NCBI RefSeq assembly: GCF_006345805.1
Contig: NC_043003.1
Coordinates: forward strand, 40,362,001 to 40,426,000
Length of the DNA: 64,000 bases
Origin: Octopus sinensis
Lineage: Eukaryota
Direction: 5' to 3'
Made by a program: the position numbers and the translations under genes. The notes beneath the pieces were generated by a model, which did no database searches, was not told the DNA's origin, and worked only from the letters and a program-made list of their open reading frames with translations. How positions within the stretch are numbered: the first letter of the stretch is position 1; the number at the start of each line of letters is the position of its first letter. Shown one piece after another: positions 38,642 through 53,192 of this stretch.

Positions 38642-39959
38642 TACGTTTAATTTTAGGAAACTTTATTTCCGTTAAAGTGTATTTTTTATATATCTGTGTG
38701 TGTGTGTGTGTGTGTTTGTGTATATATGTATTAAAGAAAGCAATAAAACAAAAGAAAAATGATAGTGTTCAGTATGTTGGCGACAGGAATTTCTGTGAAA
38801 GAGACATTATTAAACAAAGTTGTATATCATCTCCCTATTTCTCTCCCATACTCTTTCTCTATCTTTTATTATTACCCCCACTGCCACCATCAACACTACT
38901 ACTTTTAATAAAACCTCAACTCTCCCTAAATTTCTTTCTCTCCCTCTTTTTCTCTCTCTCCCTCTTTTTTCTCTCTCTCCCTCTCTGTTTGAGACGGCCC
39001 GCATCGTCTCTCTGCCTATTATTACTTTCACCCCATCATGAGGAATGGTAGGAGTGTCATTGAATAGCGAGAGAGGAGGGTCCAAGTGTCACACAATGAC
39101 ACACAGAAATTGGTTTTCGCATTTATTATATCAGATGTATACATACATACACATACACAAAACACGTATAATTTGCATGCATATTCATATATGCGTGCAT
39201 GCATACATACATACATACGTACGTACATACATACGTACATACATACGTACATACATACATACATACATACATACATACATACATACATACGTACGTACGT
39301 ACATACATACGTACGTACGTACATATATACGTACGTACATACGTACGTACATACATACGTACGTACTTAGATACGTACGTACATACATACATACATACAT
39401 ACATACATACATAATACATACATAATGCTTAGATGCATACACACGCAAACTTTGGTAATATTATACTTCCGACTCGAGTATGCAGATACATAGATAAACA
39501 CACACATACACACACACAGACGCACGTATACGCGCGCATGTTGACATTTGTAGCAACTTTTCCACTTTACAAATTTACACGTTCCTTACAAGGTTGTCAC
39601 TGACAAAAGACACGCCCACACAAACGTACTTGCGTATCTAGTTACATATACACACCTATTCACACACACAAATACACAGAAATACACATACATTCACACG
39701 TAGCTCCTGAGTTCATGGTCTGCTGTCGTGTCAACAAGTACAAAGTGCTCAATTCCAGATTAACAGAACTGGATTCTTCAGACAAAGCATCACGCAGTCA
39801 GATCACATGTCATATAAACTGTGGAGAAATATGAGAATCAGTCTATTGAAAACACAGGAAACATCCGCAAAAATACCTCTGTGTGTGTATATATATATAT
39901 ACGTACATATATACACTCATACATACATATATACGTATATACAAATATGTAGATACAAA

Positions 39960-39990
<31 letters not shown>

Positions 39991-40692
39991 CGCCCATATG
40001 CATGTATGTATGCATGTATGTATGTCTGGATGTATGTATGTGTGCCTGTGTGCGTGCGTGTGTTATTGTGTGGGCATGCGTATATACATACAATGTCTAC
40101 AAAACACTGATATGCATATCTATGTGGTTGTATATAGTTATACACACATATACACGCACATGCGCGCGCACACACTCACACAACACACACTCACACAACA
40201 CACACACACATGTATATATATAATCATATACATACGTATATATGTGTATACATATGCGCCACACATACACACGCATACAGAACTATATACACATATACAT
40301 ATATGCGTATAAATATATTTATAGACAATATTTAAATATGTATGTATTTAAGTATGCATGTACACACACACACACACACATACATATACACACATATAAA
40401 CACACGCATATACACACACATGGATGTTCACATTTCTACAGGTATTTCCTGTGTTTTGAAAAGTGCCTCTTAAATTTGCTCGCATTTGTGTTTGTATGCG
40501 TGTATGCGTATGCATGTGCGTGTATGTGTGTGCGTGCGTGCGTGTGTGTTCGTGTGTGTTTGTGTGTTTGTATGCGTGTGTGTGTGAGTTTGCGAACATG
40601 CGTGTTAGTTTATGTGTGTGTATATATGTATATGTGCGTTTTTGAGTGCACGGAAGCAAGAGGGGGGGAGAGCGGAAGAGAGAAGGATAGAA

Positions 40693-40731
<39 letters not shown>

Positions 40732-40982
40732 AAGAAAGAAAGAGTGAGAGAGCGAGAGAGAGAGAGAGAGAGGGGAGATAGAGAAGGAGAGATAGAGAAG
40801 GAGAGAGGGAGAAAATAGAGATAGAGTGGAAATATGCAAAAAAGTTTCATTGAAATATGGAAATAGGGGATTAAAATAGAAGAAAAATATAAGAAAATAT
40901 TAGAAGAAAAACAAAGAAAACATACTAAACTAAAGCGCTATATACATCCGAAACAGATCGATGACATGTCAACTGAGTGCTT

Positions 40983-41020
<38 letters not shown>

Positions 41021-41340
41021 GAGCAACAACAACAACAACAACAACAAGAGCAACAACGCAACAACAACAAGAGCAGCAACGCAACAGCAACAACAATAAC
41101 TACGGCAGCAATAACAGTAACATCCAACAGACGTATCAACAAGAAGCGTAACAACACAAACAGCAACACCAACCAGGATAAGACGAACAACGTCAACCAT
41201 AATCGTAACAACAACAACAACAGCAACTACTACAAGCCTTCCACGGTACTATAATAAAACAGGCAACGATATGAATTCATTATGAAGAACAAGGAAAGAA
41301 ATTTCATGAAAGAGGAACTGCCAATTGCATATATATATTA

Positions 41341-41853
41341 CCGTAAATCCTCGAGTATAATCAGCATTTTTCCCCCAAAAATTTAACGGTCAAAATCCCT
41401 AGTGTGTACTATATACGAGGTTAAAAATGAAAATTATTTTCTAAGCAATGTCCGAGTCTCTATTTGCTGTCCGGCAATGTTTATTCAGACGCATTTTGTG
41501 ATGTCGGGGGCGAAAATACCTTAAGCTAAGCCTGAAAGCAATGAAGTCATAAAAGGATTATTCATAACTTGCAGTAAACAACATTTATTAAACGTTATTA
41601 CTGTTATTTCTTTATTTTCTGCAAACAAAATGCACAAAAAAGCTACACGTTTGCATTATGTTATATATACAAAAATAATAAAGGACGTTACCGTATACAG
41701 TTTTACAAACAAATGACGTTATATAGACCTCCTTGACTCAAGTTAGAGAAGGGGTGCGTATTATACACAAGGTTTAGGTTTTTCAGAGGTACAGCCCCCT
41801 AAAAATCCCCTGCGTATTATATTCAAATGCGGACTATACTCGAGGATTTACGG
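41341..41853. mobile_element. Tc1/mariner-superfamily (pogo/Tigger-like) MITE, 513 bp
   Basis: Terminal inverted repeats CCGTAAATCCTCGAGTATA(a/g)TC(a/c)GCATTT at both ends, flanked by TA at 41339-41340 and 41854-41855. Confidence 0.85.
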
Positions 41854-42193
41854 TATATGTTTTTATTGATCCCAGAAGAATGAAAGTCAAAGTTGACCTT
41901 AACGGGATTTGATATGATAGCTAAATACCACAAGGTGTTCGCATGTATGTTATTATTTAGTCTTGTTTCTGGATTTCTTATCAATGGAGAAAAGACTGTT
42001 TTCTAATCTAGATCCAAAACTCCTTGGAAGGAATTTTAACAACCACCAACAGGCTATTTGTGCATCATGTATGTGTATATATGGACTAGTGTATAAACTC
42101 AGTGTAATGTGCAGATTTGTATGTTTCGGTTTATGCATACACACCTATTCACATTTACACAACTAGATCCAAGTGTACATAAACATACATACA

Positions 42194-42287
<94 letters not shown>

Positions 42288-42292
42288 ATCTA

Positions 42293-42345
<53 letters not shown>

Positions 42346-42520
42346 ATTTATATATATTTGAAATTTACAGAAAAACAAGAGACGAAGATAGGTGTATAAA
42401 CAACTAGCAGGGGTATTAGTTTGACGCTCGGGAAGGTGAGAAAGTCTTTTACCTTTCGAGCTTACGTTTCGAGACCAATACTGTACTTATGTATCAGTGT
42501 CTACATATCTGAAGGAGGGG

Positions 42521-42566
<46 letters not shown>

Positions 42567-44654
42567 GGAGAGAGAAATATGGAGAGAGACATAGGGAGAG
42601 TTGAAAAGAATGAACATTATTAAAAGGATTCAAGGACCTTCTTTCGTAGTAGATCCCAAATTACAAAAGAGCAAATGAATGCCAGCAGGAACCGAGTATA
42701 CTTATAAATACCTCGGCAATAATTTAGAGTAAAATCCTTTATGAAGAGTCACTGATGACGGTCCGTGTCAGAAACTTTGGCTGTTGTAGTGAGGTGTAGC
42801 AAAAACCTGACGTTTCGTAAACATAGTCTTTTTTCGAAAGAAAGCATTTTAGTTATATTTACTGATACCTTTAAACTTTCTTCAATTATAAAGAACAATC
42901 AGAATATTCATAATAATGACGACGATGATGATGATATTGATGACAACGACGATAACGATGACGATGATGGTGATGATGATTTGATGATGATGAATTGATG
43001 ATGATAATGATGATAATGATGATGATGATATTGATAATTATAATAGTAATGAAGTTGTGGAGATGATGGTGAGGATAACAATGACGCTGACAAACGATGA
43101 TGATATTAGAATAATAATAATAATGACGATGGTGATGGCTGTGGTGGCGACAATTTTGATGAGGATGATGAGGATGATGCCACTGCTGGTGGTGGTGTTG
43201 GCGATGATGATAATGAAGATGAGGACGACTACGAAGATGATGTTTGTATTCATGGCGATGTTTGAAGATTGCTACGCACTAAACTACATGCTACGCCACA
43301 TTACACGTCAGACCGCACCTGACCACACATTGTTAAATTTCTCACTGCACCAAGTAGCACGATATTACACCACTCAAACTCGCACTATTCCACATCACAT
43401 ATCACTAACCCGTACTACATCACATCACAATACACTGTGCCACGCCACATTTCACAATACAGTAGCATATGAACCGACAAGAAAGTTCCTATGACATCAC
43501 TCTACCTACCCAATTATCCACAAATTACATTTTATGTTTCTAAAATTAAAGAAAAAAAAGATCCAAAATAATAGCGTAATATACAGCTGTGGTTTTTTCT
43601 GTATAGACTCTCTGAGTATCTACAACTGGATAGTTCCTTTCCAAGTTGCACACCTGATTAAGAACTTTTTTTTATGATAGCCAATGAAATAATAATAAAT
43701 AATAATAAATTATAATAAATTATAATAAATTATGATAGCCCATAATTTATTATAAAGGTCAAGGTCAGAAAGTTGATGAAAAAGGAAGAATTGATTATAT
43801 CGACTTCTGTATTTTATTCTTTTATTCTTTTATCTTTTATACGTTTCAGCCCCAAGGCTGTGAACATGCTGGGGCGCTGGATTGGTATTTTATTTCGTAT
43901 CGATTCCGGAAGGCCGAAAGTCAAATTTGATCTTGTTGGGATTTGATATCAGAGCAAAAAAGCACAAGGTATTTGTATTTACGTATGTATGTATGTATGT
44001 ATGTATGTATGTATGTATGTATGTATGTATGTATGTATGTATGTATGTATGTATGCATGTATGTATGCATGTATGTATGCATGTATGTATGCATGTATGT
44101 ATGCATATATATGTATGTATGCATATATGTATGTATGTATGCATGTGTGCATGTATGTATGTATGTATGTATGTATGCATGTTGTTTTTGTACTGGGTGT
44201 GGCATTAAACTGCATCCAGTTGTGAGGTTCCATTTCAGGAATTCTGAATTCTGGAGTTGTGGAGAGCGTGTGGTCACTCTTTAATTACTATTACTCCAAG
44301 GTCCGTTCTGACCCGGCATCGATAGTACCCGTCAGGGCCCCGTCTATAGGTTAAATAGATTTTCCAGGGATAGAAGAGGCTCCCTTTATCTTTAAGAAAG
44401 TCGTGGGGAAGGCAACACTTCTAGGTAAAAAAACACTCTGACTTAAAACTTGCTGTCAAAATAGTACTAGGCTTCTTGGAATAGTTGTCACTGGAAGCTA
44501 CTATGGCGAGCAAGAGAGTGTCAAAAGTGTTGTACTTAAATGTTGTCACTTAAATCCAATGATGTACAAATATCTCGCTATCTGAATGTGAGACGGTTAT
44601 TATCTGATAAAATGAGGCAATCATTACGTGTGTATGTATGTATGTATGTATGTA

Positions 44655-44951
44655 CTAGCAGTATCGCCCGGCATTGCTCGGGTTTGTAAGGGAATAACTA
44701 TATAAGCATATTTAAAGAGTTACTTCTCTTATATAATAGCAAAAAATGCATTAAAAATGGAAAAAATGATGGTAATTTTTTTTTTAATCGTAGACTCATT
44801 GTAGATGCGTGCTAATACCCAGAAGGGCTCGATATGAATCACGACTATAAGATACCCGCTTTTGGTTAAACATTGCACCGCAAAATGTGGGAGTAGTTAG
44901 GAATCTAAATCGTAGGAGACAGACACACAACTTCACTTTTATATATAAAGA
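44655..44951 (-). mobile_element. Non-autonomous Helitron A (297 bp)
   Basis: Minus strand has 5' TCTTTATATAT, a subterminal GC-rich hairpin (CCCGAGCAATGCCGGG) and 3' CTAG followed by T. Confidence 0.75.
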
Positions 44952-45321
44952 CTAGCAGTATCGCCCGGCGTTGCTCAGGTTTGTAAGGGAAATAACTATA
45001 AAGCATTTTTAGAGAGTTATAGCCAAAAATAGAAAAAAAATGATGGTAATTTTTTTTGAGAGTTAAAAAGGTGGAGTTGCGTCCCCTAGACGGTCTGTGG
45101 TTTGGGTTTCTGATTCTCGACCCCATGTCGAATTTATCGATTTTTTTCAGAACTGGGGGAACTTTTCAAAATTTTCGCTGCGTTAGTTTTGAATTATGAC
45201 ATTGGGCTATGTGTGTGTCAAGTTTCATCAGAATCGGTTGAAAGCCGTGGTCAGGGTGAGGGTACGAGAAAACAGACACACAGAAAACGCACAGACAAAC
45301 TGCCGTTTATATAGAGAGAGA
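44952..45321 (-). mobile_element. Non-autonomous Helitron B (370 bp)
   Basis: 5' A|TCTCTCTCTATATAAACGG and 3' hairpin plus CTAG. A second copy lies at 56945-57326. Confidence 0.75.
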
Positions 45322-46664
45322 TGTATGTATGTATGTATGTATGTATGTATGTATGTATGTATGTATGTATGTGTGAGTATTTTTGTATGTATGTATGTAT
45401 GTGTGAGTATTTCTGTATTTTATCGTTTAAATTCTTCTTCTGAAGCAGGAGGCGAAAATAATGTCACATTTTAAACCCGAGAAAAGTCTTGCAAAGTTTT
45501 ACTGCTCCACTTGCAGATTCTATGTGTAATGTGCGAATCGGTTGATTTCTTTTTCTGAAAATCCAAGCTTATCCAGACTAACAGTTTGGTATTTACTTAC
45601 CGAACCAAGTACTCTAGTTATTATTGGTTATGTGTGTATGTATGTATGTATGTATGTATGTATGTATGTATGTATGTATGTATGTATGTATGTATGTATG
45701 TATGCATGCATGCTGATACCAACAAGTGTCTTCTCTTCTACGCTGGCAATGCTGTCCAATGGAAGAAAAATGACGAAACAAGCGTGGCCTCTGTATCGAT
45801 GCAGAGGTTGCCGTCAGAACACAAAGAGTCGGAACAGACTCATGCAATCAATTCCCTTCTCTCCCGACGCTCTAACAATTCTACTGCTAATCCAACACCA
45901 TGGACCGAAACTTTATTTATCGATCAACAAAGAATGAAAGACAAACGCTGACCTCAGCGGGATTTGAGCTCAAGAGCGCAGGGGAATCTGAACGCCTCTA
46001 CTATTTCGACACCCAAGTATATAATGTGTAATAAAGTAACATAATATTGTAATCTAAGACCGAACTATAATTTAAGTTACCTCCGGATTTATAGATTTTA
46101 TTATAATTTTCTTAGTGCAATATGATAATATAATAAATCCGCTAGAAATCCGAGTTTATAGTGGAGTCTTTGATATTCTATATCTGAATAAAATCGGTCT
46201 AGTTACGGCTGGAGGAAGATATTTGATAATATGGCTCACCTGGGGCTTGAAGAGAAACAACGATGACGATGGCGACAATGATGACGACGACGACGACGAT
46301 GACGATGACGGCGGCGATAGAAACAGCAGCAGTGGCAGTGGAGGGGACGCCGGGAATGCTTAGTTTATTCTGTGTGTTTGTCTTCTTGGCGGAGTTAATG
46401 GTGTGTCTGGGGAAGTGATCTGCGAATCGCAACTAGTAGTTCGATCAATTTAGCTATGAATTGATCTGAAGACTACACAACAACAACAACAACAATAACA
46501 ACGACGGCGACGATGGCGACGAACAACGATGATAATGACGATAATGACAATAACAACAGCACCAACAACAAAGTAATAATGACGACTATAAACTTAAATT
46601 ACAACACAAACCAGAGTTTGCTCACACATAACGCTTTACTACCACAACAAACTGTCCAAGTGGC

Positions 46665-47890
46665 AGAAACGTGGCGGCGAGTTGGCAGAAACGTTAACAC
46701 GCCGGGCGAAATGCTTAGCGGTATTTCGCCTGCCGCTACGTTCTGAGTTCAAATTCCGCCGAGGTCGACTTTGCGTTTCATCCTTTACGCACTGTTGTCG
46801 ATATAATCGACTTAATACGTTTGTCTGTTCTTGTTTGTCCTCTCTGTGTTTAGCCCCTTGTGGGTAGTAAAGAAACAGGTATTTCGTCTGTCTTTACGTT
46901 CTGAGTTCAGATTCCGCGGAAGTCGACTTGCCTTTCATCCTTTTGGGGTCGATAAATTAAGTAACAATTACGCACTGGGATCGATGTAATCGACTTAATC
47001 CGTTTGACTGCCCTTGTTTGTCCCCTCTGTGTTTAGCCCCTTGTGGGCAGTAAAGAAATAAGAAACGTTTGCACATCGGGCGAAGTCCTTGGCGGTATTT
47101 CGTCCGCCGCTACGTTTGAGTTCAAATTCCGCCGAGGTCGACTTTGCCTTTCATCCTTTGGGGGTCGATAAAATAAGTACCAGTTACGCACTGGAGTCGA
47201 TGTAATCGACTTAATCCGTTACCCTATCCTTGTTTGTCCTCTCTGTGTTTAGCCCCTTGTGGGTAGTAAAGATATAGGTATTTCGTCTGTCTTTACGTTC
47301 TGAGTTCAAATTCCGTCGAGGTTGACTTTGCCTTTCATCCTTTTGGGGTTCAATAAATTAAGTACCAATTGCGTACTGGGATCGATCTAATCGACTGGCT
47401 CCCTCCCCCAAAATTTCGGGTCTTGTACCTCGAGTAGAAAAGAATCGTTACCGCACCGGAAAAATGCTTAGCAATATTTCTCTGAATTCAAATACCGCCG
47501 GGGTCGACGTTGCCTTTCATCCGTTCGCAGTCGATAAAATATGTACCAGTTGAACACTGTAATCGATGTAATCGACTTCTGACTTCAAATTCCGCCGATG
47601 TCGACTTTGCCTTTCATCCTTTCTGGGTCGATAAATTAAGTACCTTAACCCCCTTGTTTGTCCCCTCTATGTTTAGCCCCTTGTGGGCAATAAATAAATA
47701 AGAAACGTTAGCTACGTTGGGCGAAATGCTTAGCGGTACTTCGTCTGCCTTTATGTTCTGAGTTCAAATTCCGCCGAGGTCGACTTTGCCTTTCATCCTT
47801 TCGGGGTCGATAAATTAAGTACCAGTTGCGGACTGGTGTAGATCTAATCGACTGCCTCCCCCCCAAATCTTGGGCTTTGTTTCTAGAGTA
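46665..47890 (+). mobile_element. Long composite array of about six to seven family A SINE units
   Basis: Head TGGCGGCGAGTTGGCAGAA at about 46672, followed by repeated B-box, core and module units. Confidence 0.88.
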
Positions 47891-47936
47891 GAAAAGAGCA
47901 AACTGTACAAGTTACTAGATAATGTAGTTCTACATA

Positions 47937-48153
47937 CGAAGGAGTACTAAAAAGTTCTTGGCTTCAAGGGTGTCACGAAAAACATGGATAGAGGTCTAAC
48001 CGTCCGAGTTCTTATACAGGGTTTAGAAAAACTGAAGAACTGCTGTAATAAGCATGTGAATCTGAGAGGGGAATATGTTAAATAAAACCATAATTAACTG
48101 ATTCTCCTGTATTTTCTTTTACCCAAAGCCAGGACCTTTTCAGCACCCACACG
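47937..48153 (+). mobile_element. Mariner-derived MITE (217 bp)
   Basis: Imperfect TIRs (CGAAGGAGTACTAAAAAGTTCTTGGCTT versus the reverse complement CGTGTGGGTGCTGAAAAGGTCCTGGCTT) and TA on both flanks. It retains the transposase C-terminal remnant GLEKLKNCCNKHVNLRGEYVK*. Confidence 0.7.
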
Positions 48154-48785
48154 TACATCTACAAAGACGGGGTGGCCATGGTTAAAATGAATTTTAGGCA
48201 AAACAACAAGAGCGGCAGCAGCAACAACAACAACAATAACAAAATTGATCAGATCAGACTGTTACTCATAATAGAAGCAAATGGTGGTTGCTCTATGTAG
48301 TCGCTTAACCTGCTAGAAATAGCAAACACATCTCAATGACTTCATATAGCTGGTTCTTTTTTTTTTTTAAGAAGGGAACATTGAATAACGTGAGTATGTG
48401 TGCATACTAAATGAGAGAGAGAAAAAATTCAACGATTACGTCTCAAACTCCTTTAATCGTAGGCTTGCTATTTGAGCCCTGACATGAAACTAAACAAAAA
48501 TCAGCTACTTAAACCAAGTATACAAATCAACCAAGTATACAAATCGGGAGCCGTTCGTGGTCATTGGATCTGCTAAAAATAGCATCTGAATTTCCCTCAA
48601 ATCATACTCTACTGTCTTAGATAAATAAAGGACATATTAAATAATGAAGACCAAGATAGATATAGCTCTAAAAAGATAGGAATATTAGAAATCGAATTCA
48701 TTTGAACATACATTACCTCAGTTTAAGTTGACCAGGGGCTAAACAGCAACAATAGCAGCAGCTGTAATAATATCAGCAACAGCAA

Positions 48786-48990
48786 GTGGAGGCGCAATGG
48801 CCCAATGGTTATGGCAGCGGACTCGCGGTCGGAGGATCGCGGTTTCGATTCCCAGACCGGGCGTTGTGAGTGTTTATTGAGCGAAAGGACCTAAAGTTCC
48901 ACGAGGCTCCGGCAGTGGGTGGTGGCGATCCCTGTTTTACTCTTTCGCTCCAACTTTCTCTCACTCTTTCTTCCTGTTTCTTATCCCCGA
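48786..48990 (+). mobile_element. Family C SINE, 5' half
   Basis: GTGGAGGCGCAATGGCCCAATGG head. Confidence 0.8.
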
Positions 48991-49635
48991 CTTCCTACGA
49001 AACCGCTGAGTCTGGATGCACATTCATCCATCCGTCGATGCCCTCGGTGTCGGGGGTTGACCTGCTTTCTCTTCTGCGGGTCTTACGAATAGCAAAGGAC
49101 CACGTTTCGGACTTCTCCCACTACAGACGGGACGAAGACCGCTTCGCTCAACAAACAAAACAAACAGCAACAGCAGGTGACCAGCCAATTTATATGAAAC
49201 TTTCCAAAACCAAATGCCTACACGAAACAAACACATCAACTACAACACTAAACTACTTCACAATCGACTACAACAAACTACTACTCTAAATTAATATATT
49301 AAACTATCACAGAATGTATGTATGTATGGCCTAGTAGTTAAGGTGTTGCATTGTCAATTGCAAGGTTGTGATTTCGATTTGCAGATCGAGTGGTGCGTTG
49401 TGATTTTGAGCAAAACACCTAATTTCCCGTTGCTCTGTGATTATTTTAACATGTGACGTGTGTCACGCTTGTGTACGTATACAGGCAATGTCAATTTGAT
49501 GAAGGAAGAGAGCTCATGTACAACACAAACATTTGGCTCTATAAACAAATAATTGGTATGCTTGCTCAGCAAGAGTTTGCGGGATACTCATCTATCGTCT
49601 AACGACACGAAAGTCCATGATATATATATATATAT

Positions 49636-49882
49636 ATCGTGACGTATATTTGCCATTTGAATATGGCTAACCCCTAAGGGTGGATACTACTGTAGTTTGT
49701 AGCCCCAGGAGGACACCTCCTCCAGTTGGCTATAGACACACTTTCTGTGCCCTATCAGTACCCTGTGCCCCAGAAAGTGTGTCTATAGCCAGCTGGAGGA
49801 GATGTCCTCCTGGGGCTACAAACTACAGTAGCATCCACCCTTAGGGGTTAGCCATATTCAAATGGCAAATATACGTCACGAT
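49636..49882. repeat. 247-bp fold-back element: 112-bp inverted arms around a 23-nt loop
   Basis: Left arm 49636-49747 is the reverse complement of 49771-49882 with 3 mismatches. Confidence 0.95.
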
Positions 49883-49930
49883 GTGTTGCTGCTACTGTTT
49901 ATAACTCGCTCTGAGATTTATCATTGTTAT

Positions 49931-49973
<43 letters not shown>

Positions 49974-51299
49974 TATATATATAAAGTAATGAATGACAAA
50001 AAATAGTTTGATGAAATTTTATTTAGCAATAAGAAAATTTTAATATTACGATGAATTATTTCGTAACTTAAAACCTTGTAAATAATTTATATCATTACAT
50101 TTAATAATAAGTAAATTACTTACCTGCATTAATGCAATAAGCAAAGAAATTCTCCAAAATAATGCAGAATCTATGCTACGTCCTATGTTTTGTAGAATGA
50201 TAGATTAAAGAGCTTTTTTATGAGTACTACCTGATTACTTGGTTTGTTTATGTCCCTAAAACCCAGAGGTTCGTTAAAGGTGACCAACAGAATTAGTAGC
50301 AGATTTAGAAAATTAACAAGTACTGGGGGGTCTATGTATGATTAAAAAGAAAAACCCTTTTAAGGTAGTGCCCTAGCATGGCTGCTGTCCAATGACTGAA
50401 ACAAATAATAGAACAAGATGATAACTGAATTTACTACGCTAAAATACCACACCATACTACAGCACAAACTACGATATAAACTACACCAAACTACAACACA
50501 GACCATACCAAACTCCCTTACATATCCCAGCGCAAGCCAATTCAAACTCCCTGACCTATTGCAGCTCAAAATGTCTGCATCAAATCACCATACTGCGCTA
50601 CCGCATAAGCTATATCAAACTGCTTACTATATTTCCAACACAAAATGACCTCAGTAACATAACCAACGCATAAGACGAAACAACCAACCACCCAGCAAAC
50701 CACCACGGCGTACGACACCAAACTCATTTCCTTTATTGTAATAATACGTCCACACTAACCTAACACTAACCTATCACACTAACTACAGACCCTCCTATGC
50801 ACATTAACCAATGAAGTCCCCGGGCAAATTATAGAAATTTACATTAAAAACTGCAATAATTACCACGATGACAACAATAAAACTTTTCTGAAATATTTTC
50901 TTCTTTAATATTTCTTCCATATTTTTTTTTTCCTATTTTAAAAATTTAAATATGATTGAAATCAAATAAAATGAAAATGAAAATAAAAAGAATTTTGAAA
51001 TTATATTAGAAATATTGTTTTTTTATATTTTTTAAAAAATATATATATATATTTTTTTTGTTTTGGTATTTTTATTTTCAGCAGACGACATTTTAAAACA
51101 TCATAACAAATACTAGAAATAAGGAAACAAAAACAACGAAAACAAAGAAGAAATAACAGCACCAGAAACGAGAACAAGAACAAAAACAAGAACAAGAAAA
51201 ACAACAACAACGATGACGACGACCGCCATAATGACATCGACAAGAAAAAGCAACAGTTTTACAGTAAAAATATGAGCAACAATAACACAGACAACAACA

Positions 51300-51580
<281 letters not shown>

Positions 51581-52349
51581 ATGGTAGTATTAACAAGAGT
51601 AAGAGCAATAACCAAGGCATTAAAAAATAAAACAAACTAGAAAGACGACAACACAAACAAGAAAAAGACAACAATAATAATAACAATAATAACAATAATA
51701 ACAATAATGATAATAATAATGACACTGACAACAATAATAACAACATCAACGACAAGTATAATGGAAATAAACAGAAAATGAAAGAAACCAACGTAAACCA
51801 GAAAATGTCGACTCGCTTGGTAGAGAGGGAAGGAAAGAGGGAAAAGACAGCGAGAGAGAGAGAGAGTCAAAGAGAGAGAGAGAGAGAGAGCGATAGAGAG
51901 AGAGCGTGAGAGGGAGGGAGAAGGAAAATAGGAGAGAACGAGAGGGTTATTGATCTATAAAAGTTTTCTATTTAACAGCAATCTTATTGACTTGCATTGA
52001 TTTATGTGTGTGTATATGTGTGCCTGAAGGCGTCAGTGTGTATGCATATGTATAAATATGTGTGTGTGTGTGTGTGGGCATACATGTAGTATATACGTAT
52101 ATATAAATACATGCATAGAAACGCACACGCACACTTACATATGTATGTGTGTGTGTGTGCACGAGGTGTATGTGTATTTGAATTTGTGTATGTATATAAC
52201 GAAGTCCAAACCCAAACACGCATGCGCACATTTCTTTATTAATGTCTATATATACAATTGTTTAACTACATTTGTTCAAATGTGTTTATACGCATGCATC
52301 TGTGTGCACAGATACAGATAGAAACACACACACACACACACATACACAT

Positions 52350-52380
52350 ATACACACACACGCAGACACGCACAGACACA

Positions 52381-52411
<31 letters not shown>

Positions 52412-52413
52412 AA

Positions 52414-52460
<47 letters not shown>

Positions 52461-53133
52461 CAACAGGGGAGAGAGAAAGAGAAACAGAATGAGACAAGGA
52501 GTAGATACATACGTACGTACACGCATACATATATACATACGAAAATACATACACACGTATCGTTTGTGAAAATGCCCAAGCATTCAATTCTGTGATCGAC
52601 ACACACACACACACACACACACAAATGGTTTTGTATCGTACAGGTAGTAATATTATGGCGAGACGAGACAAAAACCCAGTTTGAATCGTCGCTTGTAACC
52701 AACGACCATTTCTACTCGCCCGTTGTGTTATTGATGCCTTTTAACACGAATTTATAGTATAATTGTAGGAATTGATTCGCTCAATTACTACGGAACCAAC
52801 GAATGGAAATAACGGTCCGAATACCATCAAAATACAAAAGTCACACTTCATAATTATTTTAGACTTTCTCGTAAAGTAATGAATATAATCAGTTAACTCG
52901 ACCGGATTACATTACTGTTGCACACACGCACATGCTCACATACGCACACACAGAGGCACACACACATCATGCATACTTTCATGAATAGATACACAAACGT
53001 ACAGGTGCAAGGATCGAATCCACATAAGTACGTATTTATAAGTGTGGAAGTTCATTCTACCGGTCGCTTGTTTTAAAAACTCTATTTTACTGGCGTGTAA
53101 ACAAATCAAAGTCTGTTGTTAAGTGAGGACAAT

Positions 53134-53192
<59 letters not shown>

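Noticed and set aside
42746-42785. CTGATGA...GAAAC motif with an AGTCA/TGGCT stem I
   Set aside because: Stem II does not pair and stem III appears one base short; at best a dead Penelope-type remnant.
46199-46432. Minus-strand ORF with a transmembrane-like V/I stretch and a CAG|GTGAG donor
   Set aside because: The hydrophobic stretch is just the reverse complement of a (GAC/GAT)n repeat, and there is no ATG start.
33845-47890. Regularly spaced repeats in the SINE arrays superficially resembling a CRISPR array
   Set aside because: The units are about 180-230-nt degenerate SINE copies with no unique spacers and no cas genes, in a eukaryotic context.
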